Source: Macrostomum hystrix (taxonomy: Eukaryota > Animalia > Platyhelminthes). From it: DNA of 64,000 bases. This document shows, piece by piece, positions 58,759 to 64,000 of this stretch. The number at the start of each line of letters is the position of its first letter. Position 1 is the stretch's first letter. Under the pieces are notes generated by a model that saw only the letters and a list, made by a program, of their open reading frames with translations, was not told the origin of the DNA and made no database searches. The stretch lies in the NCBI GenBank assembly GCA_950097015.1, contig CATNEN010000038.1, forward strand, positions 27,032,001 to 27,096,000. Direction: 5' to 3'. The position numbers and the translations under genes were made by a program.

Positions 58759-61700
58759 TCAAGACGAGGCGCATTGTACGCGTTGGCCGCCACCGCCAGC
58801 GCCGTCTTCGTCGTCCGAGTCGGCGCCTCCGCCGCCAGCTGCGGCGCGCATGAAACCGCCGCCGCGACCGCCTGCGGGAATTTTATAGTTAGCAAGTTTA
58901 TTTCTAACAGTTTTATTATTTCTTATTTCAGACTTCTAGGTCTTTTTTAGATTAGATCACAATGCATGTTATTATTATTTACCTCACTTTCAAACGTACT
59001 TATATTCAGAATATTGTGAAAAGCCTTCTCCTCGAAAATTAAATATTTAGCGTGCAAGACAATATAGAATACTAGGTTTAAAAAGCTATCCAAGAATATA
59101 AATTAATGGTCGGACCGTCTGAGTTTAGATTCCGAATAGTTGGTTAGAGATTGGGGTGGATGTATGAACATTCTGAATTTATTGGTTGGTTGAGGTGACT
59201 GTATGCACATTCAGAAGGGACGGGAATGGTTGGGGTGGCTGTATGTACATTCAGAAGGGACGGGAATAGACTCTGGTGGCTGTATGCACATTCAAAAGGG
59301 ACGTGAATGGTTGGGGTGGCTGTATGTACATTCAGAAGGGACGGGAATAGACTCTGGTGGCTGTATGCACATTCAAAAGGGACGTGAATGGTTGGGGTGG
59401 CTGTATGTACATTCAGAAGGGACGGGAATAGACTCTGGTGGCTGTATGCACATTCAGAAGGGACGGGAATAGACTCTGGTGGCTGTATGCCCATTCAGAA
59501 GGGACGGGAATGGTTGGGGTGGCTGCATGTACATTCAGAAGGGACGGGAATGGTTGGGGTGGCTGTATGTACATTCAGAAGGGACGGGAATAGACTCTGG
59601 TGGCTGTATGCCCATTCAGAAGGGACGGGAATGGTTGGGGTGGCTGCATGTACATTCAAAAGGGACGGGAATGAACTGGGTGGCTGCATGTTCAGAATGG
59701 ATGGGATGATTTTGGGTTGATACAGTTTCCACATAAAAGGTTTTTGGTCATAAAAGGTCATCATACATACATTTAAAATATTAATAATTTTATTAATAGA
59801 ATTAGAAATGGTTAATTAACCGGAAATGAAACAACTGCTTCAAGCAAATATTTTATCGAATTCCGAATATAAATCGACAACAGTGAAATTCATGCCAATG
59901 CGAAAGCTAAGAACGCGTGCAGCGGTTTAAGATTTAGCCAAATAGTAAGGACAAAAATTAGCTACTTATTTAAGTAGTAAGACGAGTGTTCGATTAAATC
60001 ATCATAGGTAGGAATATAAAATAACTAGCATTGTACATTTTTGTCCAAATAAAAACAATACCTATCTTTCAAATAACATCATACAGTATCTGTGCGCATG
60101 TGTCCTCAGGAGTCAGAGGAATGGGCAGAATTGCCTCCTGACTGGCTGTGGGTCTACTGTCACCAAATGATGTGCCATTTTTCACAGCCCTCCTGTGCTG
60201 TGAGTTTTTATAAAATAAATATTACAACATGCTCTGCTAATATTTGCAGTCCATTGGCACAACTGTTAGTACAGTGTGAAAAAGGCGGGAAAATATGAGA
60301 TTAAGGCAATTATTAGAAAACAAGTTCCTATGTACAAAAAACACAATTAATGTTTTACCAAACTGGCTCCTCATTCTCTCTAAAATGTTGGGTGAAATTG
60401 TGGGATTTCGATTTGTTAAATCAATCAGGTGGTGCATTTGGGAATTCAGGCAAAGTGTTTTATTGATTGGCGAGTAACAAGCTAGTAATAAATATACAAG
60501 CTTGAAAATATACAAGTTAGTAAACATACATTTAGCACAGCATTGGTGCTTACGTTATTAATTTAAATTACAAAAATGTGACCTACTTGTGTTAGTAGTA
60601 AACCGAGCATTTGCAAGAAATAATTCTTGACAAAATTTTAATTTTGTTGTAAACGACTTTACATGTGAATTATTTAATTAAATGCAACGAGATTTCAACT
60701 GAAGCTAAATAACTGAAGGATCATAACTAACTAAACTGAATGAGCATCCATAAAACTAGAGCAGGTGAAAATTTCCTCAAAGCAATTCCCACCTTCTCTC
60801 TGCTGCCTGGCATCCATTTCCGGGTCGAATTCGCCCAAGACGGTCTCCTCGGCGTCGTCGGGAACGATGACTTCCTGCCCGGCTGGCAGCAGTTTGCGCA
60901 GCTGCTTCAGCTCTTTCTCGTTCAAGAAGCCGGCTGGCGGAAATTCCACCGTGAAATGAATGATTAGGCGACCCTTTTCAAATGGATTCTTATAAGTCGG
61001 CATGCCTTCGTGATCGACGGACTTATAGGAGCCGTGCTTCACCACTTCGCCAGGCTTGGATTCGACAAGCAGATTGCGCTGATCGAGGGTGGTAATGACG
61101 CGCTTGAATCCTGTCAGCGATTCGTTCAGATTGATGGTCATCTTTAGGATGAGATCGCGGCCGCGACGAATAAAGGTGTCGTGTTCGCGCTCTTCGAGGA
61201 CGATGACAATGTCTCCGGGCTCCAATTCCGGATCCTGGTCGCCTTCGCCGGTGAAACGTATCTGCTGGCCGTCTTTCATGCCCTTGTCGATGTTCACTTC
61301 TAGAATCTTCTTTTCGCGATTTACCTGCAGATTAAAAAAAATTAATTTGTAGTATCTTATCTACCCGAAATTTGACCTAACCGATATTAAATTTACCTGA
61401 AGTTTGACCTAACCGATATTAAATTTACCTGAAGTTTAACCTAACCGAAATTAAATTTACCTGAAGTTTGACCTAACCGAAATTAAATTTACCTGAAGTT
61501 TGACCTAACCGATATTAAATTTACCTGAAGTTTGACCTAACCGAAATAAAATTTACCTGAAGTTTGACCTAACCGAAATTAAATTTACCTGAAGTTTGAC
61601 CTAACCGATATTAAATTTACCTGAAGTTTGACCTAACCGAAATTAAATTTACCTGAAGTTTGACCTAACCGAAATTAAATTTACCTGAAGTTTGACCTAA

Positions 61701-63607
61701 CCGATATTAAATTTACCTGAAGTTCGACCTAACCGAAATTAAATTTACCTGAAGTTTGACCTAACCGAAATTAAATTTACCTGAAGTTTGACCTAACCGA
61801 AATTAAATTTACCTGAAGTTTGACCTAACCGACATTAAATTTACCTGAAGTTTGACCTAACCGATATTAAATTTACCTGAAGTTTGACCTAACCGATATT
61901 AAATTTACCTGAAGTTCGACCTAACCGATATTAAATTTACCTGAAGTATGGCCTAACCGATATTAAATTTACCTGAAGTTTGACCTAACCGATATTAAAT
62001 TTACCTGAAGTTTGACCTAACCGATATTAAATTTACCTGAAGTTTGACCTAACCGAAATTAAATTTACCTGAAGTTTGACCTAACCGATATTAAATTCAT
62101 CTGAAGTATGGCCTAACCGATATTAAATTTACCTGAAGTTTGACCTAACCGAAATTAAATTTACCTGAAGTTTGACCTAACCGAAATTAAATTTACCTGA
62201 AGTTTGACCTAACCAATATTAAATTTACCTGAAGTTTGACCTAACCGAAATTAAATTTACCTGAAGTTTGACCTAACCGAAATTAAATTTACCTGAAGTT
62301 TGACCTAACCGATATTAAATTTACCTGAAGTTTGACCTAACCGAAATTAAATTTACCTGAAGTTTGACCTAACCGATATTAAATTTACCTGAAGTTTGAC
62401 CTAACCGAAATTAAATTTACCTGAAGTTTGACTTTATCGAAATTTTATCCGCCTGATGTTTGACCTTAATTGCAGCTACATATAGTTTGACCGAAATGAT
62501 TTGTAGTACCTGAAGTTTGATCCAATCGAAACAATATATAACTGCTTTAAGAGCTTGTAAAAGTTCAACTGAAATTTAAATTCGATACTTTCGGTAAAAC
62601 GTCAGGTAAACCTTATCAAAGTTGTTTGTAGATGCAGTTAGACTGAAGTAGTCTATTCAAAAATTAAAACAAACCTTGCGTCCTTCGCACTTCTTGCAGC
62701 GATCCTTGGCGTTGATGACCTCGCCTTGGCCCTGGCAGGTGCGGCAGACAGTTTGAATCTGTTGCACCATACCCGGAGCCAGCTGGCGCAGGTGGACCTC
62801 CATGCCGGAGCCGCGACAATTCGTGCACGCCTGAACAGCGCCAGCTTTGCCGCCGCGACCTTCGCACTTGTCGCAGACGACATTCTTTTGCACGGCCAGC
62901 TTCCGGGTGGCGCCGTTGTAGAGCTCTTCGAGAGTGACGCCTAGCTGGTGAACGACATCCTTGCCGCGTCTGGGACCGCGCTGCCGGCTGCCGCCAAAGA
63001 ACATGTCGAAGATGTCCATCGGGTTGTGAAAGCTAAAGCCTTCGCCTGGCATGCCCTCCTTCAGGGCCTGAATTATAATGTTTTAGTGGATAAAATTAAT
63101 TGCAAAACTTTGGATAAGTTGTTTTAAAATAGGGAATTCTACCATAGGCAATGCATTACTTGATTTTGAAACTCCAAAAAACAGGGAATTCCTTGACTTC
63201 AAAATTCTAAAAAAACAGAATTCCTTGACGGTTAGGTTTCTCCGCAAAAATTCCTTGACCTTAAGATTCTTTAAAAAACTAAGAATTTTAAAGATTTCAC
63301 AAAATTAAAGGAGTTCCCAAAACTGAGAAATAAAAAGTACCTAAATAAAAAATCCACAGAAAGCTTAAATTTATGAAAAAAAATCCGTGGCACTGACCTG
63401 CTCGCCGCCCTCATCATAAATCTTCCTCTTCTTGGGATCAGACAACACCTCGAACGCCATGGCAATCTCCTTGAATTTGTCGCCGGCCTCTGGATTCTTA
63501 TCGGGGTGATACTTAAGTGCCAATTTTCTGTAGGCCTTTTTAAGCTCCTGCTCTGAAGCTGTGGGACTGACACCCAACAAGTCGTAGAACTTCATTTCCT
63601 TCACCAT
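58759..63607 (-). CDS. DNAJA1: DnaJ/Hsp40 subfamily A co-chaperone (DNAJA1/2-like), 415 aa
   Basis: Exons 63607-63398, 63067-62675, 61324-60793 and 58871-58759. J domain with HPD, CxxCxGxG zinc repeats and a C-terminal domain. The last exon (not in the ORF track) ends ...QRVQCASS*, a CaaX prenylation motif typical of DNAJA. Confidence 0.95.
59190..59700. repeat. ~40-bp minisatellite ACATTCAGAAGGGACGGGAAT...GGTGGCTGTATG
   Basis: About 12 copies in the last DNAJA intron. Confidence 0.93.
60088..60205 (+). mobile_element. SINE family A, diverged 3' fragment
   Basis: CTCAGGAGTCAG...AATGGGCAGAATTGCCTCCT...TGATGTGCCATT is the reverse complement of 3250-3345. Confidence 0.8.
61365..62440. repeat. 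32-bp minisatellite TTAAATTTACCTGAAGTTTGACCTAACCGAAA
   Basis: About 33 copies filling most of DNAJA intron 2. Confidence 0.97.
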
Positions 63608-64000
63608 TTTTGATTGCTTGCTATTTATTTAAATTGATGAAATATTAAAATTGAAACAGTACTCTTCTGCTTGGTTTATTTATCACAGAGTTCAAGTGGG
63701 TTTGTTTAAAAAGCCTGTTTGTCTTGCACCTGAAATGGAAAATGTTTTAAAATTGAAAAAACGACACATATTTTTCTTCAGATTAATTATCTAATTAGGA
63801 TTTCTTGCAAAAAACTTTACAGCCATTAGCCTATCTTTTCAGCAGTGGTACTTAAAAAATTGCTTCTTGGTTTACAAGCTAATTTGAGCTTTTAGCTGGC
63901 TGGCCACTTATCAATACAAACTTATTACTGCACTTCTAAAATAATTATAACTAACATTATTAAATAGGTTTAATGTAAAAGAAAAATTACTGCAAGGCTG

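Noticed and set aside
60731-60792. DNAJA C-terminus as given by the ORF track
   Set aside because: It is read-through into an intron; splicing to 58871-58759 restores the CaaX end.

Overview
This is eukaryotic (animal) genomic DNA with GT-AG introns, AT-rich spacers and a different minisatellite in most of the larger introns. That style resembles the flatworm Macrostomum lignano; the organism is inferred, not shown. Five spliced genes can be assembled by hand with consistent reading phase. On the + strand is a RIM-binding protein (RIMBP/Rbp; coiled coil, SH3, 3xFN3, SH3, SH3; 5925-28151). On the - strand, in transcription order, are DNAJA (63607-58759), a USF-like bHLH-ZIP factor (56880-55068), cytosolic aspartyl-tRNA synthetase (50784-45763) and a BK-channel beta (KCNMB/CaKB)-like subunit (36601-34979). 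There is also a small intronless secreted knottin/conotoxin-like precursor (3935-4171, -), three tRNA-headed SINE-like families and LTR-like remnants. The most unusual item is a 2.4-kb in-phase alternative terminal exon inside the RIMBP gene. It would replace the last two SH3 domains with about 5 copies of an unrecognised ~100-125 aa repeat plus an 11-mer amphipathic helix. Other notable items are a possible trans-spliced operon (DNAJA-USF-DARS) and intronic satellites made of tandem AG|GT splice-junction motifs. Most long low-complexity ORFs in the track are satellite artefacts. All exon calls are manual and lack transcript support.
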